DNA of 64,000 nt from Octopus bimaculoides (GCF_001194135.2 NC_068999.1:45422090-45486089), one strand, 5' to 3'. Positions 11,208 to 24,569 are shown, counted from the first letter of the stretch. Made by a program: numbers and translations. The notes: generated by a model not told the origin, from the sequence alone.

Positions 11208-12094
11208 NNNNNNNNNNNNNNNNNNNNNNNNNNNNNNNNNNNNNNNNNNNNNNNNNNNNNNNNNNNNNNNNNNNNNNNNNNNNNNNNNNNNNNNNNNNNN
11301 NNNNNNNNNNNNNNNNNNNNNNNNNNNNNNNNNNNNNNNNNNNNNNNNNNNNNNNNNNNNNNNNNNNNNNNNNNNNNNNNNNNNNNNNNNNNNNNNNNNN
11401 NNNNNNNNNNNNNNNNNNNNNNNNNNNNNNNNNNNNNNNNNNNNNNNNNNNNNNNNNNNNNNNNNNNNNNNNNNNNNNNNNNNNNNNNNNNNNNNNNNNN
11501 NNNNNNNNNNNNNNNNNNNNNNNNNNNNNNNNNNNNNNNNNNNNNNNNNNNNNNNNNNNNNNNNNNNNNNNNNNNNNNNNNNNNNNNNNNNNNNNNNNNN
11601 NNNNNNNNNNNNNNNNNNNNNNNNNNNNNNNNNNNNNNNNNNNNNNNNNNNNNNNNNNNNNNNNNNNNNNNNNNNNNNNNNNNNNNNNNNNNNNNNNNNN
11701 NNNNNNNNNNNNNNNNNNNNNNNNNNNNNNNNNNNNNNNNNNNNNNNNNNNNNNNNNNNNNNNNNNNNNNNNNNNNNNNNNNNNNNNNNNNNNNNNNNNN
11801 NNNNNNNNNNNNNNNNNNNNNNNNNNNNNNNNNNNNNNNNNNNNNNNNNNNNNNNNNNNNNNNNNNNNNNNNNNNNNNNNNNNNNNNNNNNNNNNNNNNN
11901 NNNNNNNNNNNNNNNNNNNNNNNNNNNNNNNNNNNNNNNNNNNNNNNNNNNNNNNNNNNNNNNNNNNNNNNNNNNNNNNNNNNNNNNNNNNNNNNNNNNN
12001 NNNNNNNNNNNNNNNNNNNNNNNNNNNNNNNNNNNNNNNNNNNNNNNNNNNNNNNNNNNNNNNNNNNNNNNNNNNNNNNNNNNNNNNNNNNNNN

Positions 12095-12603
12095 GTGGTG
12101 GTGGTGGTGGTGGTGGAACCGCTTGTCGTGTTGGTGGCCATGACTGTAATGGTATTGCTGCCTGTTGATAGTGGTACTGCTAGTTTAGGTGGTGGTTGTG
12201 GTAGTGGTATTGTTAGTCGTGTTGGTAGTAGTGGTGGTAATGGAGGTAGTGGTATTATTACTGGTGGTGGTGGCGGTGGTGGTACTGTTAGTTGTGTTGG
12301 TAGTAGTGGTGGTGGTCGCGGTGGTAGTGGTAGTGGTATTGCTAGTCTTGGTGGTGGTTGTGGTAATGGTATTGTTAATTGTATTGGTAGTAGTGGTATT
12401 GCTAGTCTAGGTGGTGGTAGTAGTACTGTTAGTCGTGTTGGTAGTAGTTGTGTTGGTAGTGGTGGTGGTGGTGGTGGTGGTGGTGGTGGCGGCAGTGATT
12501 GTGGCAGTGGTATTGTTGGTTGTGGTAGTCGTGGCAGTGGTACTGCTACTCATGGTGGTGGTGGTGGTTGTGGCACTGTTGGTTGTGGTGGTGGTGGTGG
12601 TAG
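12095..12603. repeat. (GGT/AGT)n imperfect array with ~60-bp higher-order re-use
   Basis: Blocks such as GTGGTATTGCTAGT and GTTAGTCGTGTTGGTAGTAGT recur. Confidence 0.9.
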
Positions 12604-13377
12604 TAGAGATAAAGATGATATCTTCAAACTCCACACAGTTATTAAGCATAAAGAAAGATAAAATATATCATACCTGTTACACACTGAAAAACGAAAAAAA
12701 AAAGACAGGTACAGCTTTCATGTCCAACACAACATACCTTCTCCTCTTCTTTCTTCAGTTACTGTTCACTTGTTTTTCAGATTCCATTCACAAAAGAAAG
12801 CCATTTATTTCATTGATAATCTGAAAATCCTGTGCTTTTATATTAATCCATTGACAGTGGGTTTCCCTTTTACTTGTTGTTGTCGCTTACTATTTCAGAT
12901 TCTACTTTCACTTTTCAAATTGGATAACCCTTCAGTTCTACTTGAAGTTATTCACTGAATCCACCCTTTGACTCCTTTATCCATGTTGTGTTTCTTTCCC
13001 TCAAAGTTGTGCACCAAACATGTGATGTCAGTAAACACTAATTTTCCGATTCCTCAAAGCAGGCATTGACAGAATTCTCGCATTCTGACTAAAGGGATCC
13101 TTTGCATAACATGACCTCTGTTTATTCTTCTATCTTTGCATGTGTGACGATGGGTTGTTTCCTTGAAGCTGTTGCTTTCACAGTTGGATGGCCTTGTTAA
13201 CAACTGAAACACGAAACAGAAGAAGAACCTGTCTTGTGTGTCAGGCTAACTTTCTTTGTCTTCTTTATTTTTTTCCGAATTTATTCAATTAGATGAGGAG
13301 AAACATAGTGTCCAATGTTTACTGGTCCTTTATCATATGCAATGCATTTTTATTTGTGTTGTTTTGAATTCATTACG

Positions 13378-13724
13378 TTATAGTTCCAGGTTCAGTCCCA
13401 CAGCATGGCACTTTGGACAAGTGTCTTCTACTAGAGCCATGGGCTGACCAAAACCTTGTGAGTGGATTTGGTAGATGGAAACTTAAAAAAAGCCCACATC
13501 TATACACGTGTGTGTGCGTGTGTGTGTGTCCTCCATCACCACTTGACAGTTGGATTTGGTTCGTCTATACGTCTGTAACTTAGTGGTTCAACAAAAGAGA
13601 TGAACAGAATAAGTACCAGGCTTTAAAAAAAGTGTTATGTTGATTAGTTTGTCTATAACCCCTTCAAGGCATTGCCCCAGCTTGGCCACAGTCAAACGAC
13701 TGAAACAAGCAAGACATAAAAGAT
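13378..13724 (+). mobile_element. SINE B, near full length
   Basis: GGTTCAGTCCCAC ... GTGAGTGGATTTGGTAGATGGAAAC ... (TG)n ... GACTGAAACAAG. Confidence 0.85.
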
Positions 13725-14837
13725 ATCTTGTAGCTTTGAGGTTTCGGTGATGAGATTGTTTATTTTTAGAATGACATTGTAGGGTCAGCATGAGAAGCCT
13801 GACCAGGTCAGTTTGACCATAAAACAAGTAGAATATTTAGAGTTGATCTGTCCGGTTTGAATATTAAAGGGTTAACCCTCACAGCTTTGATGTCCTGAAA
13901 ATCTTTTCTACATCACAATTTTAATCCCAAACATTAACCATTCTCAACTTGAGAATGGTTAATGTAGAGAATGGTGATGAGCGTGAGATTTAGTATTTAA
14001 CAATGGTGTAGTGGAGACGGACAATTGATGGTGGTGATGATGATGAGGAGGAGGAAGAGGAATTATATAAAATAGTAATTATATCAGATAGCCTCGGGCG
14101 GAGGTGCTATGCAACTTGTAACTTCCGAAGAGTAAAACTGCTGTATTTGTAAAAAAAAAAAAAAAGGNNNNNNNNNNNNNNNNNNAAAAAAAAAAAAACA
14201 GCACATCTCTGAATGGTGGTGTACATCTTTGCAAATTAGTCACATATTCCCTTCTTTTTTTAATGCTATCTCAGATATATGTGTGTGTGTGTGTGTGTGT
14301 GTAGCACCTTAATATCTTATCCATTGTACTTTGTGAAACAAGAATAATAAAAACTAGTTATGAGACACACATAATATTACTATCTCTCTGTAAAATTGGT
14401 TTTGTGAAGCAATGAAACCTATACAAGCATAGCCAAGTACCCTTTTCTTCATTATTTTATAATGTTTTCTTTCATTTTTTTTTTTGTTTTTTTTTTATTG
14501 GCTGTGCGATACAATGGAGTTATCTTGTATATTTTATATCACTATGTAATACAGCAATAATTTTTGTGATGTATTTCGGTTTTATTGCTCTGTAGTTTTG
14601 CTATTGTGTGTACCATCGGTTGTCCATCTCTTGTTCCATTGTATTTGCTTATTTAATACAATACTCGCAGTTATATACAAAGTTTCATGAAAGTATGCCA
14701 TATACTAGATTCCATCTTATTATGCACTATATGTTTCCACCGTATTATACACACACACACACACTGCACTATAATTTTATATTTTAGTTACGCAGTATTT
14801 ATCACTATGTGGTATTAGTAATATGCAGTAGATACCG

Positions 14838-15152
14838 AAAGCATGTGGCTTTGTGGTTAGGATACTCAGCTTGTGACCAAATGGTCATGAGTTCAATTCC
14901 AGGTGGTATGTTCTGTCTTTGAGCAAGACACTTCATTTCACGTTACTTCATTCCACTCAGCTGGCAAAAGCAAAAATGAGTTGTACCTGTAATTCAAAGG
15001 GACCAGCCTTGTCACATTCTATATGACATTGAATCTCCCTGAGAACTACATAAAGTGTACATGTGTCTGAGGAGCACTCAACCACTTGCATGTTGATTAC
15101 ACGAGCAGGCTGTTCCGTTGATTGGACCAATCGAAACCCTCGTCGCCATAAC
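14838..15152 (+). mobile_element. SINE C, full length
   Basis: GTGGCTTTGTGGTTAGG, GAGTTCAATTCC, TTGAGCAAGACACTT, ends CCCTCGTCGCCATAAC. Confidence 0.85.
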
Positions 15153-15258
15153 TGCAATTATTTTTCTAGTTTCTGTAACCAATAATATGACTCTGATTGT
15201 TACAGGAAGAAAGTGAGACTGTGTGGTGTTCATGACTTTTCCATGGCTTTCTTTAGAC

Positions 15259-15533
15259 CAATAGTTCCCAAACATTTTCAGGCTGCAGCCCCCTTGGTTC
15301 TTAACCCCCCCCCCACCACCAACTGACCATCACAGACCAATTTCTGCAGCAAATTCTAAACAACAGTATTTCCCAAATAATTCTTGACCTAATTAACCCT
15401 TTATTTAAAAAATTTTTTTTTTACATCCATTTCCCCATTTAGTCACCCCATTATCGCCCCATTTTTCTTCGACGTGCCCCTGAATTCCCCCCCCCCCCAA
15501 GCGGAGCGGTACTGCCCACTTTGGGAACCATTG
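15259..15533 (+). mobile_element. hAT (Charlie-like) MITE with perfect 8-bp TSD
   Basis: TIRs CAATAGTTCCCAAA / TTTGGGAACCATTG; TSD CTTTAGAC at 15251-15258 and 15534-15541. Confidence 0.9.
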
Positions 15534-16119
15534 CTTTAGACTATTAACAATGTGTTATGAAATAACAACAACTGGAATTGGTAAAATGTGTCACAGACTT
15601 GGTTTACCAAACTATTATCCGTGTTTTATTTTATTTACATGAGCCAACAAGGTAGCAAGTTAGCCACTATGAAACTTGATTGATTTGTTAGAAAGAGCAG
15701 TCAAATCTTCCCTTAAATCACACCCCCACTGTCTTAACTCTTTAGCATTTAAATTGGTCAGATCCAGCCCAAATATTCTTCCTGTTTCTTGTTCAAACTG
15801 GCCACCACCCCGATGGCTGTGTTGCAGTTATTCTCTTAGTAGAACTTTGGTGATCCTGACCGTTGATCTTCTGGGATTCCTCAGCTCAGCATCGATATAA
15901 GAAACACTGCTGGCTCAGTTGAGCTCTTTTACAACCTCTTCACCATCTGCCATGCTGCAGTCCCATGACTTTGCCATGTTCCTGGCAGGGTGGGCACAGT
16001 CGTTACTCCATAAAGTATTTTCGAATTACACCCCCTACCCACCACACACTCACATATTTATATTAATCAAAGGAATTCCAACTTTGACCAAGCCAACATT
16101 CTCCCACTCTTGGTCGAAA

Positions 16120-16249
16120 GGTGGAGTGGAGCATCGTGAAATGTAGTGTTTTGCTCAAGAACACAACGCGTTACCCGGTCCAGGAATTGAAACTACAATC
16201 TTACGATCATGAGTCCAGCACCCTAACCACTAAGCCATGCGCTTCCACT
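16120..16249 (-). mobile_element. SINE C 5' part
   Basis: GTTTTGCTCAAGAACACAACGC ... CCTAACCACTAAGCCATGCGC. Confidence 0.8.
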
Positions 16250-16287
16250 ATTGTGAACTTGCCATTACTTGAATGTGCTTTTATATA

Positions 16288-16523
16288 TAATTCTTTATTG
16301 CCCACAAGGGACTAAACATAGAGGGGACAAACAAAGACAGACAAAGGGATTAAGTTGATTACATCGACCCCAGTACACAACTGGTACTTAATTTATCGAC
16401 TCTGAAAGGATGAAAGGCAAAGTCGACCTCGGCGGAATTTGAATTCAGAACATAGCGGCAGACGAAATACTACTAAGCATTTCGCCCGGCGTGCTAACGA
16501 TTCTGCCAGCACCTCACCGCCTT
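16288..16523 (-). mobile_element. SINE A with tail type 1
   Basis: Close to the reverse complement of 43104-43336. Confidence 0.9.
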
Positions 16524-16608
16524 GTGCTTTTATATAGTGTCATGCTATTCAGTTACTTGATTTGCTTTAAATAGCAGCCAAATCTATTCAAAATCTCACT
16601 GCGCTCCT

Positions 16609-16842
16609 TTAACCTGTTTGATATTGGCTCACCTGTGACTGCACCTGGTTCCATGATACAAACTTCCTTCTGTTAAAGGGATCTTATCTTATAAATCTAA
16701 AATCATCTTTTAAGATTTCGTATTAATTCATATTCCAAACACCAAGTTAACAAGGAAGTTATTTAGATAAATTCATTATTTTCAAAATTAATTGAAAGAA
16801 AGGGAGTGCAATCAAAAAGAAATATGGTAAGAAAAGGGTTAA
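16609..16842 (-). mobile_element. piggyBac-type MITE, diverged
   Basis: TTAACCTGTTTG ... AATTAATTGAAAG ... GGTAAGAAAAGGG-TTAA. Confidence 0.65.
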
Positions 16843-17004
16843 CGAGAGAAAGACCCATTAGCTAATGAATCTTTGATTAAATACCCATGAAATGTCAGTG
16901 GTGGTTATGGCCGAAATATCTTTTGATCATAATTCTGCTGGATCAAGTTTGACCTCGGGCTAAACAACATCTCATTTAATTAGGATTTACATATGCCCCT
17001 ACCT

Positions 17005-17200
17005 GGTCATTCAGCTTGCTAGAAATAGCAGCTAAATCTTCCTCAAATAAACCCCCTACTGTTTTTGTTTTTTTTTAAAGTAGACACAGAAGTCCATGAT
17101 ATATTAACTCTGAAGTATAAATCAGGATGGTCATGACTGGAATGTCTCTCATCATAGATCTGCTCAATCAGGTTCATCCTGTGTTGATAAACAGCATTAA
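17005..17200 (+). repeat. Unclassified dispersed repeat family G (also ~4205-4259, 15645-15740, 21480-21560, 55005-55180, 56370-56430, 59650-59740)
   Basis: Shared GCTTGCTAGAAATAGCAGC(C/T)AAATCT(T/C)CCTCAAAT ... GGATGGTCATG(A/G)CTGGAA blocks. Confidence 0.6.
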
Positions 17201-17484
17201 GTCAGCTACACCATTACATTAATTAAATTGCTGTATTGCAGAAATGTTATACACGGAGATATTGTACCTGCAATACTGTAATGTATGTCATTATGCATGT
17301 GATATTATTATACATTCTATGTGATATTGATATTCTATATTATACAATGTTATCGACTATATTATAACTGTGCACTACAGTAGTCCACTGCGTGAGGCTG
17401 CAACAGTTTTATATAGATTCTCACATTTATAACAGTCAGCTGTGTGATATCCACAATGCATGTGAGAGACCTCCTGTAGGTTTC

Positions 17485-17635
17485 TCTTCTATCTATCAAT
17501 CTATCTATCTATCTATCTATCTATCTATATGTCTGTCTGTATATTTATATATATATGTGTGTGTGTGTGTGTGTATATATATATACATCTATTTATCTAC
17601 GTATCTGTATATATATGTGTGTGTGTGCGTATATA

Positions 17636-17717
<82 letters not shown>

Positions 17718-18000
17718 AATATTAGGGACAAAATCCAAAATTACAGGTAAAAAACTCAATTAAAATCAATTTATAAAAAATTAAATTAAATTGAGCCTTA
17801 TAGATAAAGTATATATAAAATATATATATATATATGTATGTATATATATATATACATCATCATCATCATCATCATATATATATATACATATGTATATGTG
17901 TGTGTGTGTGTATGTGTGTATATATATGTATATATATGTATATGTACACACACACACATACATATATACATACATATATGTATTTATATATATCTACATA
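17485..18000. repeat. Compound microsatellite cluster (CTAT, TA, TG, TAA, CAT)
   Basis: Direct reading. Confidence 0.95.
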
Positions 18001-18719
18001 TATAAAAATCCAGGTGGATATCAATCAGACTCCATTGAATGCAGGTAGAATACACATCCAAGATAATTCCTCTTGTATGACAAGGAGATCCAAATATCAT
18101 TTAGAAGAATTAAATTTGTTAATGCAACAGAGACAATTGTCGGCTTTGTAAGGCGAATTCAATAATTGAAGACAAGATTTTCTCTTTATGTATTTTTGTT
18201 ACATGTGTGTGTGTGTGTGTGTGTGTATGAATATAAGTTCATTGGTTTTAAATATTACTGGAGTATTCTTAACCCTTACCCAAATCTCAGAAATGCATTT
18301 GTTATTCCGCATGGCTCTGAAGGTGTGAACTGAGCACAAATGCACACACTCACACACACACACGCACGCGCATGCACACATCTTCATCATTTTTTATGCC
18401 ATGTTTTTCCATGCTCACATTCATTGGACAGGGTCTTCTCTAAAACAGCTTCTCAACACTTGGTCTTGGGTTCTTTGTTGTCTCTTTTCCGAGGTTCAGT
18501 ATTCTAAGAATATGACTTCTTCATACGCCCCTCCCCCCTTGGTCCTCCTCTTCTGAAGATTCCTTCTACATGGATCTCTTGGTATTTCTTAATCCTGCAG
18601 TCATCTTCCATGCACACCACGTGTTCATACACACCACATGTTCATACACACCACATGCTCAAACCAGCATCTGTCTCCTTTTGGGGCTGAATAATAATAA
18701 TGATAATAATAATTATAAC

Positions 18720-18867
18720 ATTGAAGAATACCTTAGGAATGAGAACCCAAGTTTGAAATTTCCCCAAGACACCTGAAAAAGGCTGAAGGGTATATCAGCT
18801 GAAACTTTGTGTTAACAACAAACAAGATGAGGACAAATATCCATCAAATGTAAATAATGTAAATAAT
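18720..18867 (+). mobile_element. Penelope-like terminal repeat with decayed minimal hammerhead
   Basis: GACAC-CTGAAAA-A-GGCTG..CAGCT-GAAAC-TTT-GTGTT followed by the same tail as 32790-32860. Confidence 0.7.
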
Positions 18868-18884
18868 ATCATACAATTTACCCT

Positions 18885-19680
18885 TTAACTTTTCCCACCT
18901 TGCTCTTACTCTGGTTACTGTGTTTTTTTCAGAACACCTAACCACAACGCTAATCAGAATGTATAAGAGAAACTACGAACTGCTCCTGGGGAGCTCTCTG
19001 AAACTATAAAAGAATTTTTATTGGTACCCTCACAACTAACTTATTCTTCCATACCTTCTTCAAAGTACCTTATTTTCTCACTGTAATGTTGCTATCCGTC
19101 TGAATATGCTTGAGGCAAATTTGAACTGGGGAACAAGCTCTTCAGTCATGGAAAATATATCTCTTCAATCAGCTCCGTGACAAAATGCAGTGAGTAACCT
19201 TGTTCCTCGGTTCGAATCTCCCTCAAGCATATTCAGATTGATAATAACATTGCAATTTTACGTAACATTGTTTAGCACGCATTCTCTGTAACTTCTTTTC
19301 TCAGTATGTTTATGACTCGACAATATCTCTCATACATCCAGAGTTTACATTGACTGCATAATATGGATTTTCTAATCTACTCTGTTCTTGCATATTGAAC
19401 ATGGTCACTCGCCGGATGGCAGCATGAGTCCTGTCTTATTTCCTGTTCACTAAAACTTTTGTCTTTGTTAGATTTCTTTGATGGCCTTTTCATTTTAGGC
19501 TTTTGTTTCCATGTCTGGAATGTCTTCTCTAATTCTTCAACAAATTCAGATATGAAAATTATGTCATTAATGTACAGCAGCTTCAATGGATGCCTGGTAG
19601 TCTTAAACTCTTTGGTTGCACTTTGGAAAATTATAACAGGAAGGGGATGAGGACTGAGTCCTTGTGAACACCTACGTCAT
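18885..19680 (-). pseudogene. Fossil RTE-clade LINE reverse transcriptase fragment
   Basis: Minus-strand frames give VGVHKDSVLIP, LLYINDIIFISEFVEELEKTFQTWKQ and VTRVRARWEKL, resembling RTE ORF motifs VGVHQGSVLSP, LLYADDLxLIAES and RxRxAWxKF; stops and frameshifts present. Confidence 0.8.
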
Positions 19681-20769
19681 CATCATGTATGTATGTTTGT
19701 ATGTATGTATGTATGTATAAATATTAATAATAATATTTTATAATCTTAAAGCTTATAAGCATATCACCGTGCATTGACTCAGGTAAACAGTCTAATATCA
19801 GGGCCTATAAAGCCCTCAACGGAAAAACATTAGGGTTTGCTGTACGCATGGGACACAAACCCACACCTTTATGTATTTGCTACAAATGTGCAACCATTAC
19901 ACTAACCTACATTACACACACACACTGTATTATCAATATATTTCTGCTGTTCAATTAGCATAATTGGTCTTTGTGCACTACAAGATGGAGTATTTTAACG
20001 CATCACATCATTTTTCTGTTCCTTCCCTCGTCTCTTTTAAATATTCTGCTGCTTTAAAACATCTGATAAAACAATTGAAATATGTTCATATTAGTTGATA
20101 TACATNNNNNNNNNNNNNNNNNNNNNNNNNNNNNNNNNNNNNNNNNNNNNNNNNNNNNNNNNNNNNNNNNNNNNNNNNNNNNNNNNNNNNNNNNNNNNNN
20201 NNNNNCATCTCCAAAGTTACATGAACTCAACTTCTGGCACTGAAGAAGGTCAAAAGGCAATGTGTTTCTTTCTGAATAAACCATTGAAAGAATATTGATG
20301 GGTTTCCTTTATCCAGCTTTGCTATTAACATGCAGCTGTAAACAATAATTACAGAACACAAATATTTATGTCTAGATTTGCAGGCTTGCCTCGTCATGTG
20401 ACTTCCTTTTGGGTGTCTGTGTTGCTTTTCAGATAAACATTTTTTATTCTGAATATTAAAGCCGAGTGGAACTAGTTTAAATGGAAAAATCTTGTTTAGT
20501 CTTCACAATGTGTGTATGACAAGATTCATTATTAAATTTGATAAATGAGTTTGTAAACGTATAACTGTGAATGTAAACGTATTAGTTTTGCTGTATTTCA
20601 ATAATGCTGAGAAAGAAATTGTTTGAAATAATTATTAACAAGTTAAGGAATAGACAGCTAGTTAATTAACATCATTTTAGAGCGTTTTCAAAAGTTTGTC
20701 ATTTCAACAATTATTGGTCTTTTTTTTTTTCTTATATATATATTTTTTTATAACTGTTTGTTGGTGTCA

Positions 20770-21075
20770 TATAAGAGGCACCTGTGCCGGTGTCTCATAA
20801 AAGTACATATGTTGGTGCCATAAACAAAAGCACCCATGCTGGTGCCATATATAAAGGACCTCTGCTGGATCCAGGCTTAAAGCACCTATGCTTGTGCCAC
20901 GTAAAAAGTACGAAGTACACACTGTAGAGTGGTTGGCATGAGGAAGGGCATCCAGCTGTAGAAACCATGGCAAAACAGATGATTGGAGCCAGGTGCAGCT
21001 CTCTGTCTTGCCAGTTCCTGTCAAACCATCCAATCCATACCAGCATTAAAAAAACACATTAAATGATGACAACGA
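20770..21075 (+). mobile_element. RTE LINE 3' tail
   Basis: GGTGCCATA repeats, GAGTGGTTGGCATGAGGAAGGGCATCCAGCTGTAGAAAC ... TTAAATGATGAC. Confidence 0.8.
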
Positions 21076-22296
21076 TGGTGATTCCTGAGTTACATGTTTT
21101 TTTTTATTTGTTTCGCTCCATACCGATTATGGGGCCCCAGCAAAAGATCTCTATCTGTCTTGATCATTAGCAATAAATTACAGTTGTCCCTGGGTGTAGC
21201 CACCTGCCAGTACTTCAGTTTCTGTGGGTCTTTTCCCTGTGTTTGGTCTATTGTACTTTTGTGTCTCTAGGGCTCCAGTTTTGAACATGGCCCTGGCATT
21301 CCATGTTCCCAGCCATTGGTGTTTCCATAGTAATGTAGTAAATTGATAGTACAGGGTTGCTAACCCATTGCCTACCCCCCTCCTCCTTTCTCAACCTGAC
21401 TTGGGACTCGCTTTCACAGAGTTACCCAGTTACTCACTGATAACTAATTAATTAATTACTCATTGTGGATTAAGAAAATGTAAAACATATATGGCAATTG
21501 TTCTCATTCTTTTGCTCCAAGTGCCAAGTCAACCTTGACAGGGCTGCCATGACCATCCCATCTTTGTAGTTGTGTGCAGTAAGGACTGCATTATCTAATG
21601 CATTCTTTCCTTACTTAACCCTTTTGTCAACAACATTTCTGTTGCAAAAACATTCCTTTTGCATTCAATTAATTTTGTAAATAACAAAGCATGTTTTCGA
21701 AATGACATTGTATTATTAAGCTTGTGTTTAGAGCCTAAAACCTTATTTTTTGAAAGGTCTAAATTCATATCTCTTTGAGACACAGAACAAAGAACGGTTG
21801 GTATCATAAGGATTAAAGATGCTTGTTTGAAATATTTGGCTGCTGTTTTTTAGCATGTTTTGCAACCATGTAGAGGTTCCATTGTTGGTTCACGTATAGT
21901 ATATCATTCTTAAAAATAACAATGCAAATAGAAATTATTATTATTATTATCATCATCATCATCATCATCATCATTACTTAAATGTTCAACATTTGGTAGA
22001 TTGGGGCAAATTTCTACTGCATCACCTGCTTACACCTCCATGTTGCTAGGGTGTGTGCAGCGTTATCTGTTCCTTTCTGCTGTTGAGTGGGTGCAAACTT
22101 TTCCCGGTACTCTATTGTGTTAGATTTTTTTTCTTTCCTCTTGAGGTGTGATGCAGTCTTTTGTTGTGTTACTACTTGTATTGTGTGTCAGGTGTGCAAT
22201 GCATTGGTTATCTAACTTGCTGGTGGAAGTTTATGTCACTGGGTAAGTGCTGTATAGAGTGTGTCTTGTGTTTGTGGGTTGTTTGTGTAGGTCGTA

Positions 22297-22330
<34 letters not shown>

Positions 22331-22914
22331 GTTTAGTGGTAGATATTACACCTCCAGCTGCTCAAAATGGAGAACACCATCCTCACATCAGATTAAATGC
22401 CTCTCTCCTCCCCACAGAGATCTATGCATTCACAAATAAATACTTAAAAAAAAAAAAACTCTGTAATATACCTTTGATAAAACATATTGAAAATACCGAA
22501 ATAACACAAAATTACTGAGATATCATCAGCAAAGTGAGATAGAAAAGAATTTTTGAATTTAAGAAGCAGAATAGGAAACTAATAGGAAAAAAAAAAAGAA
22601 TACAGCATGTTTGCATTCTCCATAAAATTTGCTTTGAAGTCGGAAACTCACCTAGATAAAATGGATATACGTATTCAAGTACAAGTGTGTGGGCTTGTGT
22701 ACGAGTTGATTGGTTGTGTGGTTGTATGGTTACAAAGTTAGCTTTGCAACCGTGTGTTTTTGGGTGCAATCCCACTGAGCAGCCGGTTTGGCATGTTGTA
22801 GCTTCTCGTTAGCTAAACACTGGAATTTAGATGGAAACTGTGAGGAAGCCTGTTGCATATATATATTCATGTATGTTGTTTGTGCGCATGTATGTTTATT
22901 ATTTATTTTTTTAA

Positions 22915-23163
22915 TCTTTTATCTTTGTTTCAGCTATTAGACTGCGGCCATGCTGCAGCACCACCTTGAAGAATTTTTTTTAGTTGAATGAATCAACCCC
23001 AGTACTTTTTACCCCTTTAACGCCTGGTCCTTATTCTATCAGTCTCTTTTGCTGAACTGCTAAGCTGTGGGAACATAAACACACCAACACTGGTTGTCAA
23101 GCGGTGGTGGAAGACAAACACACACACACACACACACACAAACATACACACATGTGTATATGC

Positions 23164-23204
<41 letters not shown>

Positions 23205-23372
23205 TATACACATACAAGCTTCTTTTAGTTTTCATCTAAAAAAATCCACTCACAAGGCTTTGAACAGCCTGAGATTATGTTATGGTAGAAGTCACTTGCC
23301 GAAAGTGCCATGCAGCGGTATTGAACCTGGAGCCATGTGGTTGGGAAACAAGCTTCTTACCACACAGCTATG
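22915..23372 (-). mobile_element. SINE B full length with expanded internal (CA)/(TA) microsatellite
   Basis: Tail at 22930, GGTTGTCAAG, microsatellite 23117-23215, head CTTCTTACCACACAGC. Confidence 0.85.
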
Positions 23373-24569
23373 CTGCATCTGTGGTTATTATCCAACCATA
23401 TCATTGTTAGGGTGGCAGGTTGCGCTAATAAGTGTACCAGCTTGCCACCCGAGCAATAATAATAGTAATGATAAATATTGAATTATTAACGATGACTATA
23501 CAATATGGTGAGTACTTCACGAAAACTATTATGGTACTCCACTTTCAATTATATATTCTTTTCCTTTTACCCTCTTCCACCTGTTCAGATACACAAAACT
23601 GAAGGTTCAAACTATTAATGAATGATAAAAAATGTGCTGGTTCTATAAGCAAAAATATATTTGAAATTACATGACAATATGATCGGTTGCCATATAATGT
23701 TGGAAAATAGGTCACATATTTATCTATTTATTCATCTCCAAAGCATTCACCATTTTGTATGAATGCATGTATGTGTGTGTATATGTGTGCCTGTGTGTTC
23801 ATGCATGCATTTGTATGGAGTTTACAAATCAACAAAGCATTTGCAAATATTAACCCATTTGATTCCAACCCGCATGAGACCACCTCTGGTTCTAAGATAC
23901 AAATTTCCTGTTTGGAAATTACAGCAATCAAAATTAAAACCTTCCATTAAAATTCTGTATTAATTTATATTCCAAACTGCATTTTAATAATGATAGGCGT
24001 TTTACCGAATTCTATATTATTATTGAAATTAATTGAAACAAAGGCAGTGTATTTCTGTAGAATTATGGTAATAAAAGAGACAAAAATACAAGTTGGAATG
24101 GAAAAGTTTATAGTATTTTTACTAGTTTTCGTGCTCCTTTCGGCAAGTACTGACATATTCCTGTTGTCTACCAGCAGGAATTAAAGTGGAATTTCATGTT
24201 AGCATCAATTGATTGCGACTGGAAAATAATTGTCACAAAATCACAGCAGCTGACAGATGATCATGTGTCAAGAATAATGGTAGTCTTCATGTTGGTCTTC
24301 CCTGCTGTATCCTGGAGACAGATTAATGGGCAGGAATTTTTAGGGCCTAAAGTTAGTGGAATCTTGATTTGGACTGTTGTGGTAATGGTTCCAGCCTTTC
24401 TAGATCTGTCAAACCCACATATTGCCCTTGGATAGTGAATGATTCACACCACACCACCTACCTGTGGTTGTGCATCAGGGGTTAGGGTGGAGTATTGACT
24501 GAAGAACTGCATGTAGAAACACTTGTTCTGTTTCCAGTCTTGTGCAAGAACTTGTTAATCTCTAGATTA

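Noticed and set aside
10597-12661. 648-aa, 514-aa and 417-aa ORFs
   Set aside because: They consist of (GAT)n/(GGT)n repeats bridged by an 887-nt N gap; no evidence of coding.
12735-13206. Minus-strand exon between TTTCAG (13204) and AAG|GTATGT (about 12738)
   Set aside because: Stops in all frames and no recognisable product.
22523-22529. Other CTGANGA matches (e.g. 5692, 12753, 22523, 24583, 27965, 36792, 55749)
   Set aside because: No helix II followed by GAAA and an NUH site; not hammerheads. Box C/D-like words are expected in (GAT)n-rich DNA.
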